Sequence record: MW460245.1
Length of the DNA stretch: 64,000 nt
Strand: one strand, 5' to 3'
Shown: positions 53,389 through 63,493 of the stretch, piece after piece
Numbering within the stretch: the stretch's first letter is position 1
Layout of the letters: each line of letters opens with the position of its first letter
Notes under the pieces: model-generated
The model's database searches: none
Seen by the model: the letters and a program-made list of their open reading frames with translations, nothing else
What the model was told of the DNA's origin: nothing
Position numbers and translations under genes: made by a program

Positions 53389-54366
53389 GTGGCTGCTACT
53401 CGGATACGAGTTTCGGACAATACCTTCGACAGGTTTCAGGCGGCGCAGGGGCTGCACGCCAAAACCAAGTCCCAGATGGAGAACATCGTCAATGCCCTTT
53501 CGGTTGGTTCGAAGGGCCCGCCTGACGCAGCAGTGGTCAAGGCGAAGGCTGAGAAGCGAATCAGCGCTCTCGGTGCGCTTGCGCTACAGATGGAAGCTGT
53601 CATCGCTTCGCTCAAGGGGCTGTACAAGCTCAAACGGTCGAAGCAGATGAAAGAGCTCGACAAGGCAATCTCGTCCCTGGACAACATCCTCGACATGCCG
53701 CGACCGCAAGGTACCACGACGCTGCTGCGTAAGTGTCGCAACGAACTGGTGAGCCTGAAGGAAGGCGTGTACCTCGAAACGGCAGTCGAGAAGAAAGACC
53801 TCAAGGTCAAGGTGTGCAAGCGTGCGCTGGTAAAGGTGCAGGAACTTCAGGCCGCGGCACGCGAAGCGATGAACGAGAAGAAGGCTGCGACCACGACGTC
53901 AGAGCTGGATGCGCAGACCGAAGAGGTGTTGAGTCGGACGAAGAGCTTTAAACTGCCTGTCGTCAAGGAAGGCGGCTTCGCCGTGTCACGCGCACCGGTC
54001 ATCCCTTCGATGGCTCTGGTTCCTGATCGCTTGAAGGCGAAAGGCTTCAAGGTCGACAACGCAGGCGGCTACCCGATCATCCACGATCAATTGGTGATCG
54101 GTATCAGTCGGACCTACGTTAGCGGCCCGTCCGACAAGCTGAAGAGCAAGAACAGTTCGCCGTCATTCGCAGGTGCGGACAAGATTCGCAAGAAACTCCA
54201 GAAGCAGCTCAACACCAAGCTGCGATTTGTGAGTGAGCGTGCTGGCATGGGTGCCGGCGCGAATGCAGCATGGTTCTGGGTGATGCCGGATGTCGAGTTG
54301 GACCGGTTGGCATCGGTGTCGCCTGGTAAGGCAGTTAAGATACCCAGTTGGGGGTTTGCTTCATAG
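53389..54366 (+). CDS. Hypothetical protein
   Basis: RBS AAGGAG; GTG start; codon bias. Confidence 0.7.
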   Translation: MAATRIRVSDNTFDRFQAAQGLHAKTKSQMENIVNALSVGSKGPPDAAVVKAKAEKRISALGALALQMEAVIASLKGLYKLKRSKQMKELDKAISSLDNILDMPRPQGTTTLLRKCRNELVSLKEGVYLETAVEKKDLKVKVCKRALVKVQELQAAAREAMNEKKAATTTSELDAQTEEVLSRTKSFKLPVVKEGGFAVSRAPVIPSMALVPDRLKAKGFKVDNAGGYPIIHDQLVIGISRTYVSGPSDKLKSKNSSPSFAGADKIRKKLQKQLNTKLRFVSERAGMGAGANAAWFWVMPDVELDRLASVSPGKAVKIPSWGFAS

Positions 54367-54372
54367 GAGGTT

Positions 54373-54879
54373 GTGATGCTGGTAAATGAAATGGTGGCTC
54401 TGCCGAGCCCTGAGACTCTCGAATACCTGTCGATGGTTATGTCTGCATCGCCGATTCCGGACATGAACATGGAGGAGTGGTACTGCGCCCTGAACTATTC
54501 GCTGGAGCAGATGGACGCGCAGATCGAACGTGAGTACGTGGCTTATGTGGACACGATCAACATTTGGTACGATGACCAGATTGGTTCGTCCCAGCTGCTG
54601 ATGGTGTTGAAGTCGGAAGACATGGTGCAGCGCAATGCAGAGCTTCAGGCTGACGCACCGAACCCGTTCTACACTCGGTACTACCCGTACATGGTGATGC
54701 TGGAGAACATGCCGCAGCTCAAGCGTAACTATCGGGCCGCCATTTCCAGCTGGGCGGATGCGCTGGTGCGTGACCGCACGCCTCTTATCTTCGGCACGGA
54801 GACGCTGATTGAGCGCGACTACCCGAAAGCGCCTGGGATGAACTTCTACGCAGACATGGATCGACGCTACAACGCATGA
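54373..54879 (+). CDS. 2H-phosphoesterase-fold (Acb1/T4 57B-like) protein lacking both catalytic His
   Basis: By-eye alignment to Acb1: WYCALNYS vs IHSTICYS; LLMVLKSE vs LVLVLDSE; YYPYMVM vs YTPHITL. Confidence 0.5.
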   Translation: MMLVNEMVALPSPETLEYLSMVMSASPIPDMNMEEWYCALNYSLEQMDAQIEREYVAYVDTINIWYDDQIGSSQLLMVLKSEDMVQRNAELQADAPNPFYTRYYPYMVMLENMPQLKRNYRAAISSWADALVRDRTPLIFGTETLIERDYPKAPGMNFYADMDRRYNA

Positions 54880-54887
54880 GGTAGGAC

Positions 54888-55370
54888 ATGGGTAAGCCCA
54901 CGAAGCATCACCAGACTATTGCCCTCGACCACTGCTGGGTGTGCAACGAACGGTTCAATGACGTGGTGAATCCAGGTAGTGCCTCACGTGAGGAGCATCA
55001 CGTCATACCAGTCCGCGCAGGTGGTAAGGACGGGCCGACGGTGAGCCTGTGTGCATCCCATCACTCCTGCCTTCATGCGATGGCTGAGTTCATGAGCGCG
55101 AAGCGGCAGCATGCGGCGATCTTGCTGATTCGGCAAGAGCCTGAGGACAGGAAGCGGAAGCTTATGTGGCTTGCTACGCGAGTGGTGAACGCCTTTGCTG
55201 CCATGTCCAACGATCCGAACAAGTTGACCCTTTGTTCGGTGGAAGTCAACAAGCGGCAGATCGAAATGATCGAGCAGCTCAAGAAGGTCACAGGATTCCG
55301 AAGTCGCGAGGCAGTGTTGCTGGCATGCCTCGAACAGACTTATAGCCGGCACTTCTCTCTACGCAAATAA
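54888..55370 (+). CDS. HNH endonuclease with possible C-terminal ribbon-helix-helix
   Basis: CWVC...EEHHVIP...GG...V.LCASHH..LH. Confidence 0.75.
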   Translation: MGKPTKHHQTIALDHCWVCNERFNDVVNPGSASREEHHVIPVRAGGKDGPTVSLCASHHSCLHAMAEFMSAKRQHAAILLIRQEPEDRKRKLMWLATRVVNAFAAMSNDPNKLTLCSVEVNKRQIEMIEQLKKVTGFRSREAVLLACLEQTYSRHFSLRK

Positions 55371-55738
55371 TGGAAAAGATCCTTCCCGAAGACAACAGCA
55401 ACGAAGCCAAGCTGTTGATGTTCCACATCGTCGGTGGCTCGGTCGTTATCGCATCAGCGTATCCTGATGTGGAGAACGGTACGTGGGTGATGGAGCGCCC
55501 CGCAGAGTTCATCGTTCAACCGACCGAGCAAGGTCTTCGCCCTGCCCTGCTGCCCTGGTTGTCGATGATGGGTGTTCTACCGACGCGTTCGGTGCGTCAC
55601 GTCGAAACGCTGCACATCATCGCCGTCGATCCGTGTCCGCAGGATCTGGCAGACAAGTACACCCAGATGACCAGCAAGGTGCAGATCGCACGCACGATGC
55701 CTTCGAACGACAGTTTCGCAGGCTTCGCAAAGCCGTAA
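55370..55738 (+). CDS. Small beta-rich (Sm-like) hypothetical protein
   Basis: LLMFHIVGG..VIA...RPA.FIVQP..G.R.ALLPW pattern. Confidence 0.55.
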   Translation: MEKILPEDNSNEAKLLMFHIVGGSVVIASAYPDVENGTWVMERPAEFIVQPTEQGLRPALLPWLSMMGVLPTRSVRHVETLHIIAVDPCPQDLADKYTQMTSKVQIARTMPSNDSFAGFAKP

Positions 55739-55828
55739 AACCGCATGAAAGAGCGCAACATATAGCAGGTTGACAAGCATGCTATACTAGAAGGGAGGAG
55801 AGGATTCTCCTTCCTCATCCGTTAATCA

Positions 55829-56533
55829 ATGGAGAAGTTGATGCAGAAGAAAGACGTGGTTGGTGGTAAGGTATCATCGAAGTCGATGAAGGAGGCGTTC
55901 AAGTGCAGTGAGTGTCTCCACTTCAAGAAACACGCTCACTCGGATCACGATGAGGTGTGTTCGAAGGAAGGCGTTCGCGGATTCGCCATCGCACCGAAGT
56001 GCTTTACCCCTGACGTTACTCAGATCGCAGGCAACACCGACCAGTTCGTGCAGCTGGCAATGCTCCTCGATTCGTACACACCGAAGCAGCAGCGCATCCT
56101 GCTTGGTGTTCTGCGTGGAGCGCGCAAGTCGAAAAAGAAGGCGCTGTCATTCGGGACGAAGGTCTACTTCCTGATGCACGGGAAGGAGTACATCTCCAAT
56201 TACTTCTTTGCGTATGTGATGGGCTACTCGTCGAAGGGCGAAATGATGCTGACAGGCTCTCCTGATGTTAAGAGTCGTGGCGCGTCATTCTTCTACTTTG
56301 CGAAGGATCCAGATGGACTGCTGACCGAGAGTCAGTGGAAGGTCAAGCGCAAGGCGTTGTTCGCGGCAGGCAAGATCAACGATCCGGACACCCGCAAGTT
56401 CAAGGTGAAGGTCGATGACGCGGCGGACCACAAGGTACCGTCGATTGACGATGCACCTGCTTCGTGGCACGACAAGAAGGACACGAAGAAACGCCGTCGT
56501 AACGATCCGCTGGAATTTGCTATCACGCGTTGA
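55829..56533 (+). CDS. Hypothetical zinc-binding protein
   Basis: CSECLHF...C...KCF. Confidence 0.7.
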   Translation: MEKLMQKKDVVGGKVSSKSMKEAFKCSECLHFKKHAHSDHDEVCSKEGVRGFAIAPKCFTPDVTQIAGNTDQFVQLAMLLDSYTPKQQRILLGVLRGARKSKKKALSFGTKVYFLMHGKEYISNYFFAYVMGYSSKGEMMLTGSPDVKSRGASFFYFAKDPDGLLTESQWKVKRKALFAAGKINDPDTRKFKVKVDDAADHKVPSIDDAPASWHDKKDTKKRRRNDPLEFAITR

Positions 56534-56541
56534 GGCCTTAG

Positions 56542-57510
56542 ATGGGACAGCCTGAAACTCTTCTCGAAGTTCTGGGCGACGACTACTCGAAGGATGTTGT
56601 AGGGGCAGTCTTCGCTTACGTATTTCACCGAATCAGCCACAAGGAGCTTGTGCGGTATCTGGCAACTCCTGACGACAAGCTGAGAGGGAAACGGATCTAT
56701 TCCAAGATCAAGGACAGCGGTTACGTCCTGAAGAATTGCAAGCTGTATGCTTTTGCGTATCACGCACACAGGCAGCGTGGAGCTCCGAAACCAAGCCCCT
56801 CCAAGTTTGGCGTGCAGGAAGATTATCGATGGTTGATGCGGATCAATCTGTCACACCTCGGTAAGTATGGTCGTGGTAAGCCGTGGTCCATTCAGGTCAT
56901 GGATCAAAACATCTCTGACTTCTTGGAGTCGAAAGAGATCACGGCATACATTGGGAAGTTCATCAACGCGAAGCTCCTGTTCCTCATCAAGTCTTACGGG
57001 GAATCGAAGGGATCGTTGATCGGTGAAATGAAGGCGGCGGCTTGTCGTGCGGCATACCTGCAATACCCGCGCGTCGATTCGCTTCTCCACTTCCAGAACA
57101 CGATGAAGACGGCAATCAAGAATGCAGGTCACACCAAGATCCTGTATCACACGAGGGAATGTCGTCAGGCACTGCAGGGACCGAATCACCAAGCAGTAAA
57201 TGAATCAATAGATAACACGATGCTCCAGCTTGAGGCTCCGCCCGGCTACATGGAGCACATCCGCGATTCGCTGGAGTCGTTGGCTTCGTTGAACCTTGCA
57301 CCGCGTGCTGCGCGTTTCATCCAGTGCGCGTGCGGGCACTATGACGAGGAGTTCTCTCTGTATCTGGAGACGGACAATTCCCTGGCGGTCGATCGGATGT
57401 CGTACACGCGTTACCTGTCGCACCTGCGCAAGTTCATCGGTATCACGGAGGAACAGCAGGTGAAATTCCTGAGTAAGATTCGCCCCTTAATCGAGGCACC
57501 ATCGGAGTAA
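56542..57510 (+). CDS. Hypothetical protein, weakly sigma-region-2-like
   Basis: LIGEMKAAACRAAYLQYP...HFQNTMKTAIKN. Confidence 0.4.
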   Translation: MGQPETLLEVLGDDYSKDVVGAVFAYVFHRISHKELVRYLATPDDKLRGKRIYSKIKDSGYVLKNCKLYAFAYHAHRQRGAPKPSPSKFGVQEDYRWLMRINLSHLGKYGRGKPWSIQVMDQNISDFLESKEITAYIGKFINAKLLFLIKSYGESKGSLIGEMKAAACRAAYLQYPRVDSLLHFQNTMKTAIKNAGHTKILYHTRECRQALQGPNHQAVNESIDNTMLQLEAPPGYMEHIRDSLESLASLNLAPRAARFIQCACGHYDEEFSLYLETDNSLAVDRMSYTRYLSHLRKFIGITEEQQVKFLSKIRPLIEAPSE

Positions 57511-57513
57511 ATC

Positions 57514-57855
57514 ATGCCATCCTTCATGGACAAGTTCAAGGTAGAAGCTGAGTCCCATTTGAAGACCAAGCCGAAGGCCAAGGCTTCCACGGGGGAGTCC
57601 CTGGACGAATTCTTAGCGCGCTTCCGGCTCACTGAAGAGCAGTACCGCACCATGTCGAAGGCTATGCCTTACGAGGAGCTTGTGTGCTGCCTCGAACTGC
57701 TACGGCCCTCCAAGCATAAGACCGCATATCGCGAGAAGCTTGAGAAGAAGATCAGGGGTTGGGTGCAGCTCATCGGTATCGGTAAGCCGTTGACGAGCGC
57801 GGAATTCAAGGCAGCCGCTCCGAAGTGGCCGATCAAGTATCAACTTCCGAAGTAA
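57514..57855 (+). CDS. Hypothetical protein
   Basis: RBS GGAG; operonic. Confidence 0.6.
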   Translation: MPSFMDKFKVEAESHLKTKPKAKASTGESLDEFLARFRLTEEQYRTMSKAMPYEELVCCLELLRPSKHKTAYREKLEKKIRGWVQLIGIGKPLTSAEFKAAAPKWPIKYQLPK

Positions 57856-57863
57856 AGGTCAAC

Positions 57864-58325
57864 ATGAACGATTTTCTCGCAGCATACGCCATCGGCGAGG
57901 CAGCAGTCGCACGCACGACGAAGGACATCGATGCCCTTCAGGATGTGCTGAATGACTTCAACGCCGCAATGCAGGTCATCACGAAGGGTCGCATCGAGGT
58001 GTCAGTGGGTGAACGCGCCAACAGCGCGAAGGCTTACTACGGCCTACCGGCCGCAGAGATTCGCAAGTTCTGTATGCCGATCATCTTGCACATGAAAGGG
58101 CAGGATCCGAAACAAGGCAAGGAGGTCGGATACATGCGCTGGGCTGGCTACGGTCTTGTATCAGGTCTTGAAATACGGATGCGTAGTACGTCCGACTCGA
58201 TGGCTCACAATATTCAGCAAGTACGTGAGCACTTCGTTCGCTTCCTCAAGGATGGTCGCAACGTCGCCTTCATCCAGGCGATGCTTGGTCCTGACTTCGA
58301 TGCCGAAATCAGCGAAGCGGCATAA
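57864..58325 (+). CDS. Hypothetical protein
   Basis: RBS AAGG before ATG 57864. Confidence 0.6.
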   Translation: MNDFLAAYAIGEAAVARTTKDIDALQDVLNDFNAAMQVITKGRIEVSVGERANSAKAYYGLPAAEIRKFCMPIILHMKGQDPKQGKEVGYMRWAGYGLVSGLEIRMRSTSDSMAHNIQQVREHFVRFLKDGRNVAFIQAMLGPDFDAEISEAA

Positions 58326-58548
58326 ATTCGAGACGGCGAAGCAGGTCAAGAAGTTCCTCAAAGGGAAATGGCTTGACCTGCACCTGATCCGCTCTGTCGA
58401 TGGGCTCCATGAAGTCCAACTCCGCAGCGAGGTACAAGTAGTAGTACCGCCCAAGCGCGAGCTCCTAGCACCCAAGGCAAAGAAGAAGCCGTCCAAGACT
58501 CAAAGTCCGCAGTCAAAGTCACTCACCTCTCTACTGAAACGAAAATGA
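58300..58548 (+). CDS. Small basic hypothetical protein
   Basis: Fills the gap; ATGA coupling downstream. Confidence 0.4.
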   Translation: MPKSAKRHKFETAKQVKKFLKGKWLDLHLIRSVDGLHEVQLRSEVQVVVPPKRELLAPKAKKKPSKTQSPQSKSLTSLLKRK

Positions 58549-58955
58549 ACTTCACCACGAACATTGCCGTACCTGAGGGTATGTCAGCCGACGAACTGGT
58601 CGTATCGGCACGAAAAGCACCGAACGTCGTTTCCGCGGAAGTCTCCGCCGACGGCAAATCGATCAAGGCTGTACTGGCTTTGCATCCTGACCAAGAAGCT
58701 GCTGTCGGTGTCCTGATGGCAGGTGTTCCCAACATGCAATCTATCGCAGCTGGTTCCGTTCCGCCTGACCACGCGCTGACCTTCAATGCTGGCTGCGTGT
58801 TCGGCTACAGCATGGCGTGTTCCGGTATCGGTGAGGTTGTCATTCGCCTGATGAGCGAACTCTCGAAGGATCAGCAGAAGGCCTTCCGCAGTCTCGCAAC
58901 GGTTCTGTCGGCAACTGCCCAGCAATGCAACGAACTCCTCAACAATGGTGAATGA
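58545..58955 (+). CDS. Hypothetical protein
   Basis: Operonic. Confidence 0.6.
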   Translation: MNFTTNIAVPEGMSADELVVSARKAPNVVSAEVSADGKSIKAVLALHPDQEAAVGVLMAGVPNMQSIAAGSVPPDHALTFNAGCVFGYSMACSGIGEVVIRLMSELSKDQQKAFRSLATVLSATAQQCNELLNNGE

Positions 58956-59613
58956 CATGATGACGCTGACTCCGCGGGAGAACCAACCTATTCAGGATGC
59001 CTTCGTGACTGAGGCAATTATCATGCGTATCGAAAAGGCTGTCGAGGAAGTGCTGGGCACGCATCGCATGAATCAAGAAGCCCTCGACACGTGGCTGAAT
59101 TGGAGCGGTACAATGCCTTTGGCAGAAGCTATCGCATTGACGGTCTTCCGGTCAAACACCCGATCGATGATCGATGCGAGCGGTCGAATCGAGGCGGTGT
59201 ATGCAGGTGCGAACCCTCCCGGCTACAACCGCTGGCCCGGCTCACCGTCGCTGACGCAATTCGTGGATCACGTTGCGCTGGCGATGCGAACGGACATCAT
59301 GTCTTACATCAAGGAAGTTTCGCTGAAGGACGACGATGCGGATGAAGACCTCGATCCAGAAGAGATTGAGGTGTTTACCAAGGGTAAACCGACACCTCCC
59401 GCGCGCCTCGGTATTCGTCTGGCTGAGGATACGATGGCGGCAATCGCAAAGACGCCAACGGCACGTGTCCTTGCGCTGCTGTTCGAAGCCCATTACAACC
59501 TGCATGCGAAATTATCGGCTGACGGTCTCATGGTCCAAGCCAAGGATCAGCTCGATCAGGCGAACCATGCACTATATGCGGCCCTCGGGGAGTCAGGCGA
59601 TGGTGATCAGTAA
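58945..59613 (+). CDS. Hypothetical protein
   Basis: Operonic. Confidence 0.65.
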   Translation: MVNDMMTLTPRENQPIQDAFVTEAIIMRIEKAVEEVLGTHRMNQEALDTWLNWSGTMPLAEAIALTVFRSNTRSMIDASGRIEAVYAGANPPGYNRWPGSPSLTQFVDHVALAMRTDIMSYIKEVSLKDDDADEDLDPEEIEVFTKGKPTPPARLGIRLAEDTMAAIAKTPTARVLALLFEAHYNLHAKLSADGLMVQAKDQLDQANHALYAALGESGDGDQ

Positions 59614-60055
59614 CGCATACGTTCTCCCGGATGACGTGCGATATGCGACGCGTACTGGTGAGACGCTCGTCATCCACTACCAGAGCGATGGCAAGTACAA
59701 GACCGCTCCTTATAGCACGTACACGAAGGAGGTCAATCGCCTGATAGATAAGGCTAAGGCTGATCTTTATCCGCCGAAGGAGAAACGCGATATGTTCGGC
59801 TTCACTAAGGCTGAACTACGCATCCTTAGCTTTGGTCTGAAATGGGGCCAACGCCCGCGAGGGTACACACCTCTGATGTACGCAAACGACCTCGGCATCA
59901 CTGACTTCTACCTCGATCTGGTCAATCGACGCTTCACTGAGCTTTCTGCTCCTTTCTTTGCCCGCCAACGGCCCATATCGCGTGTAGGTCGCGTCTTGCT
60001 GTTCGGCGAATTCTTCAGCGGTTATACCTTCCACGACTACTACCTTCTACCATGA
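59600..60055 (+). CDS. Hypothetical protein
   Basis: RBS GGAG before ATG 59600. Confidence 0.55.
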   Translation: MVISNAYVLPDDVRYATRTGETLVIHYQSDGKYKTAPYSTYTKEVNRLIDKAKADLYPPKEKRDMFGFTKAELRILSFGLKWGQRPRGYTPLMYANDLGITDFYLDLVNRRFTELSAPFFARQRPISRVGRVLLFGEFFSGYTFHDYYLLP

Positions 60056-60200
60056 GCAAACTCCTTGATACGGCCACCGTCGCTGTGGCTGAGTTGATCG
60101 CACGCGTTGGTGCGCAGCAGGCTGTCGCAAGTGCAGAGGTTGAGGCTTTGGCGATCATTCATCGTCTTGGTACGGCGATGGGGATCAAAGGCCGTTGTGA
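60052..60200 (+). CDS. Small hypothetical protein
   Basis: ATGA and GTGA coupled overlaps. Confidence 0.45.
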
Positions 60201-60985
60201 TACCGAATCAGAGTGCTTTCACTCGTGCTGAGGTCGTGGATTTTGTCCAGGACCTTCAGAACCAGCACTTCGAGGCTATGACTGCGGTGCACGATAAGGC
60301 TAACAACCTCGTCGGTAAGAATGCTGGGCTGGAGGCAAAGGTTCGCAGTCTGGAAGAGAAGATCGAGGCACTAGAAGTAGAGTTGAAGGACGCAAAAGCA
60401 GCGAATGCTGCGTGGGTGCAACATTCGCCAGGTCTCCGCCGCGTTCCAGAGGAAAAGGTTCAGCAAATCAGCTTCCGACCGAAACTGTTCGACGTGGTGA
60501 AGTTCAAGAGCGACGAATCGACGCCCATGAAAGGTGCTGACGTATGGGGCGTCGTGGTCTGCAAGGAAGGTTCGGAGCTTCAAGTAGCTGACCACAACGG
60601 TACTATCTACTTTGCAACTGAATCTTCCATTCAATGGTGCATCGATACTGGCAACATCAAGCCGGGTGATACCGTCGTTGTCGAGGAATACGATGGCAAC
60701 CATGCGCAGCACGTTGTCGATTCGGTGGAGCTTCCCTCACACATCGAGACTGTAAACGGCAATAAGTGGGACCTTGCCAAGCTTCGCAGCCATCTCAAGC
60801 CGAATGGTATCGCAACCATCACTGCTGTACTGACCGACGCGAAGGATCAGCCGTACGAGATTCGCAAGGTGGTGAACGTGGACGCATTCATGGATGCCCT
60901 AGCGTTGTACGTGCAGCAGCCGCAATACGAGACCCGCAAGCTGAAGGTAAAACAGCAACTCGAAGAACTCCTCAGCCGGACCTGA
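60197..60985 (+). CDS. Hypothetical protein (coiled coil plus SH3-like beta domains)
   Basis: GTGA coupling; codon bias. Confidence 0.6.
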   Translation: MIPNQSAFTRAEVVDFVQDLQNQHFEAMTAVHDKANNLVGKNAGLEAKVRSLEEKIEALEVELKDAKAANAAWVQHSPGLRRVPEEKVQQISFRPKLFDVVKFKSDESTPMKGADVWGVVVCKEGSELQVADHNGTIYFATESSIQWCIDTGNIKPGDTVVVEEYDGNHAQHVVDSVELPSHIETVNGNKWDLAKLRSHLKPNGIATITAVLTDAKDQPYEIRKVVNVDAFMDALALYVQQPQYETRKLKVKQQLEELLSRT

Positions 60986-60986
60986 T

Positions 60987-61562
60987 ATGCATACCCCATC
61001 TACTCCTATTGAAAACGAATTCCACGCCCGCATCGCTGGTTTGCTGACCAAGCGTGAGCAAGGCCACGTCATGGGCGTGCTGCGTGCGATGCGCGATGAA
61101 GGCAAGCTGGACACGACCGGTACCAAACTGTACACGATGGACGATATGCGCAAGTACGCGGACGAGTTCCATCAGTCGCGCATTGCGGTTTCGTCGGAAG
61201 GCTACCCGAAAGACTTCGTGCGCCTCGATCTCATGGTCGCACCTGACGGCACGTACCACGCTATCGGCGGTCCTCGCTTCGAAGCCCGTCCAGGCATGGA
61301 AGGCGCTGACCTCGAGTTCATCGGCCTCCGTCGTCTCAATGACGGGCTCCTGAAAACACGTATCTCCATCGCAACCGAGAAGGTATCGAACCACGGCCTT
61401 GCAGCAATGGTCGACAACAACCTCGAGAGCATGGAAGCGATCATCGAGGCGCTAGACGAGAAGAAACTGGCTGGTCTGTCGAACTACATGAAGAAGCTGA
61501 AGGACACTCTTGAGAAGGTGAAGGAGTTTCTGGACGTGTTGAACTTCTACAAGCGGAGCTAA
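60987..61562 (+). CDS. Hypothetical protein
   Basis: Abuts its neighbours. Confidence 0.65.
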   Translation: MHTPSTPIENEFHARIAGLLTKREQGHVMGVLRAMRDEGKLDTTGTKLYTMDDMRKYADEFHQSRIAVSSEGYPKDFVRLDLMVAPDGTYHAIGGPRFEARPGMEGADLEFIGLRRLNDGLLKTRISIATEKVSNHGLAAMVDNNLESMEAIIEALDEKKLAGLSNYMKKLKDTLEKVKEFLDVLNFYKRS

Positions 61563-61563
61563 T

Positions 61564-62070
61564 ATGACGACTATGGTAGCCCCAATTATCGGGCAAGAAG
61601 CTTTTGGCCCTCAAGGGTTGGGTCGCGTTACTGGTTACAATCTCACGTTCCCGAATCAATGGATCAGCATCATGCCTTATGTGCAGCGAGGCGAGCAGCG
61701 GTTCGAGCATGAAGACGGTCCTCACTATTCACCTGGCAATGTGTGGTTGATTCCCCTTGGTGGAGGCAAGCCGTACAAAGCGATTCAGGAATCGCCTGCA
61801 TCCAAGATCGTCACGACTGCACCTCCGCCGCGTCCTGTTGCACCTATCGCACTCCTCAGCACGAAGAAGCTGGTAGGTGAGTCGAAAGACGAGTGCATGT
61901 TCACCTACGACGAATTGTGGACGATGATGTTCTACTGCGACGAAGCGCGCGAGGCCTCGAACGGTGAGGTGATGCTGTACAAGGGCGGCGCCAAGAAGTT
62001 CATGGATAACATGCAAGCAGAGTACGAGAAGAAGGTAGCAGCGGCTGAGGCTGCGAAGGGGAAATATTGA
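61564..62070 (+). CDS. Hypothetical protein
   Basis: RBS GGAG. Confidence 0.65.
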   Translation: MTTMVAPIIGQEAFGPQGLGRVTGYNLTFPNQWISIMPYVQRGEQRFEHEDGPHYSPGNVWLIPLGGGKPYKAIQESPASKIVTTAPPPRPVAPIALLSTKKLVGESKDECMFTYDELWTMMFYCDEAREASNGEVMLYKGGAKKFMDNMQAEYEKKVAAAEAAKGKY

Positions 62071-62294
62071 TGACTGATAAATGGGCAGAGGCGCGCCGCA
62101 ACGCCATCGAAAGCGCGAAACACGTAGCAGGTAAGACGGTAGTATCTGTAACGAACGACGAGCGTGAACTGACGCTCAAGTTTAGCGACGGTACGATCCT
62201 CGAGATCGGCTGCGGCATGTATGCTAACCGCGACAACTGTGGTGACCATGCAGAGCTGGAATACGACCTGACGCTGCCGAAGGAGGGCGCATGA
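62067..62294 (+). CDS. Small hypothetical protein
   Basis: Coupled overlaps. Confidence 0.6.
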   Translation: MMTDKWAEARRNAIESAKHVAGKTVVSVTNDERELTLKFSDGTILEIGCGMYANRDNCGDHAELEYDLTLPKEGA

Positions 62295-62689
62295 GCACGT
62301 CACGTATCTCGTTCATCAACAAAATGCTCATTAGCCTGTGCTCGCACCATCGTATTCAGGTTGTCCGGGCAACGAATCCAGAGCAGCACGCAACGGTGTT
62401 TGATCTCAAGAGCAAAAGCATCACGCTCGGGTTTCAAGCTGATCCGCAGGTCGGCATCTTGCGATTCGCCTACATGGTCGGTCTGTTCGTCTTCGAAGAA
62501 GATCACAGTACGCGCATCGAGCAGGAATGCTACGCGTGGGAATGGGCGATTGACTTCATCCGAACCTGCGATCCGAAATTGAAGTTCAGCAGGTTGAGCA
62601 TTGCCTGGGCTGTTCGCCACCTGAAACAGTCGGCAGGTGAGCAGGTACCGCAGGAGTACATCGACTATTTTGACCTGCTGAGGGAATGA
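62291..62689 (+). CDS. Hypothetical protein
   Basis: RBS GGAGG; ATGA coupling. Confidence 0.6.
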   Translation: MSTSRISFINKMLISLCSHHRIQVVRATNPEQHATVFDLKSKSITLGFQADPQVGILRFAYMVGLFVFEEDHSTRIEQECYAWEWAIDFIRTCDPKLKFSRLSIAWAVRHLKQSAGEQVPQEYIDYFDLLRE

Positions 62690-62898
62690 TGCTGATAGAG
62701 ATGGGAGTGGTAATCACGCTCTGCATTTGGGCGTTCAGTGGAGTATGGTGGCCGTTCGCTGTCTTCATGGTCGGCCTTTTGATTAGCATCCTCTTCGAGG
62801 TATACCTCGAAGAACGCAAAGGACTTCAATATGAAAACCTCAGAGCAGCCGCTGCCGCCAATCGTAATGAACGAGGAGATTCGCGAGATCGCGAATAG
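62686..62898 (+). CDS. Small membrane protein
   Basis: Two TM segments. Confidence 0.5.
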   Translation: MMLIEMGVVITLCIWAFSGVWWPFAVFMVGLLISILFEVYLEERKGLQYENLRAAAAANRNERGDSRDRE

Positions 62899-63493
62899 GA
62901 ACGGCTTCCTGCGAACGCACGCCTGCTGCCAAGGCGTGGACAACAAGTTCTGCCAAGGCGATCACTGGCAAGGCAACCTGCAGGGCGTAGTGCGCGGCAT
63001 CGAACGCAGCATCCTCAGTGCCATCGTCAAGACGCAAGCTGGTGCGCGTGCGCTGGCCATTGCTGTCATCATGCAACGCGAAGACATGGCGCAAGCTGAG
63101 TCGGAGCGCAAGATGAACACGCAGCGTCTCACTGGTACGCAGGTCCTTCGTGACCATGAGATCGCCCTGCTGGTGAACCAGATCAGGGACGAGGCAGTAA
63201 AGTACAAGGACACGCAGCAACTCCGCGCACGCATCGCGCACCTCGTTGTGCCTGCTGTCCGCCGCAATGACGTGTCGCATGACGACCAGAACCATATCAT
63301 GCTGGATGTCATTCGCGATATGCCTGATGCGATCCCGGAAGAATGGATCATGGAGGCTATGCGGCGTGTGTTGAAGCACAACACGAATCACGATCCTGCA
63401 ATTAAGGCAGCCCTAGCCGAGGCGAAGAAGGCTGACCCGAAGAAACCGCGCGGTGTTCATCACGGCGCTCGTACACCCAAGACCAAGGAATAA
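62831..63493 (+). CDS. Hypothetical protein
   Basis: RBS AAGGA; codon bias. Confidence 0.65.
   Translation: MKTSEQPLPPIVMNEEIREIANRNGFLRTHACCQGVDNKFCQGDHWQGNLQGVVRGIERSILSAIVKTQAGARALAIAVIMQREDMAQAESERKMNTQRLTGTQVLRDHEIALLVNQIRDEAVKYKDTQQLRARIAHLVVPAVRRNDVSHDDQNHIMLDVIRDMPDAIPEEWIMEAMRRVLKHNTNHDPAIKAALAEAKKADPKKPRGVHHGARTPKTKE

Noticed and set aside
54888-55370. HNH gene as a mobile homing element or intron
   Set aside because: Free-standing, operon-coupled, and not interrupting any recognisable gene; no intron structure seen
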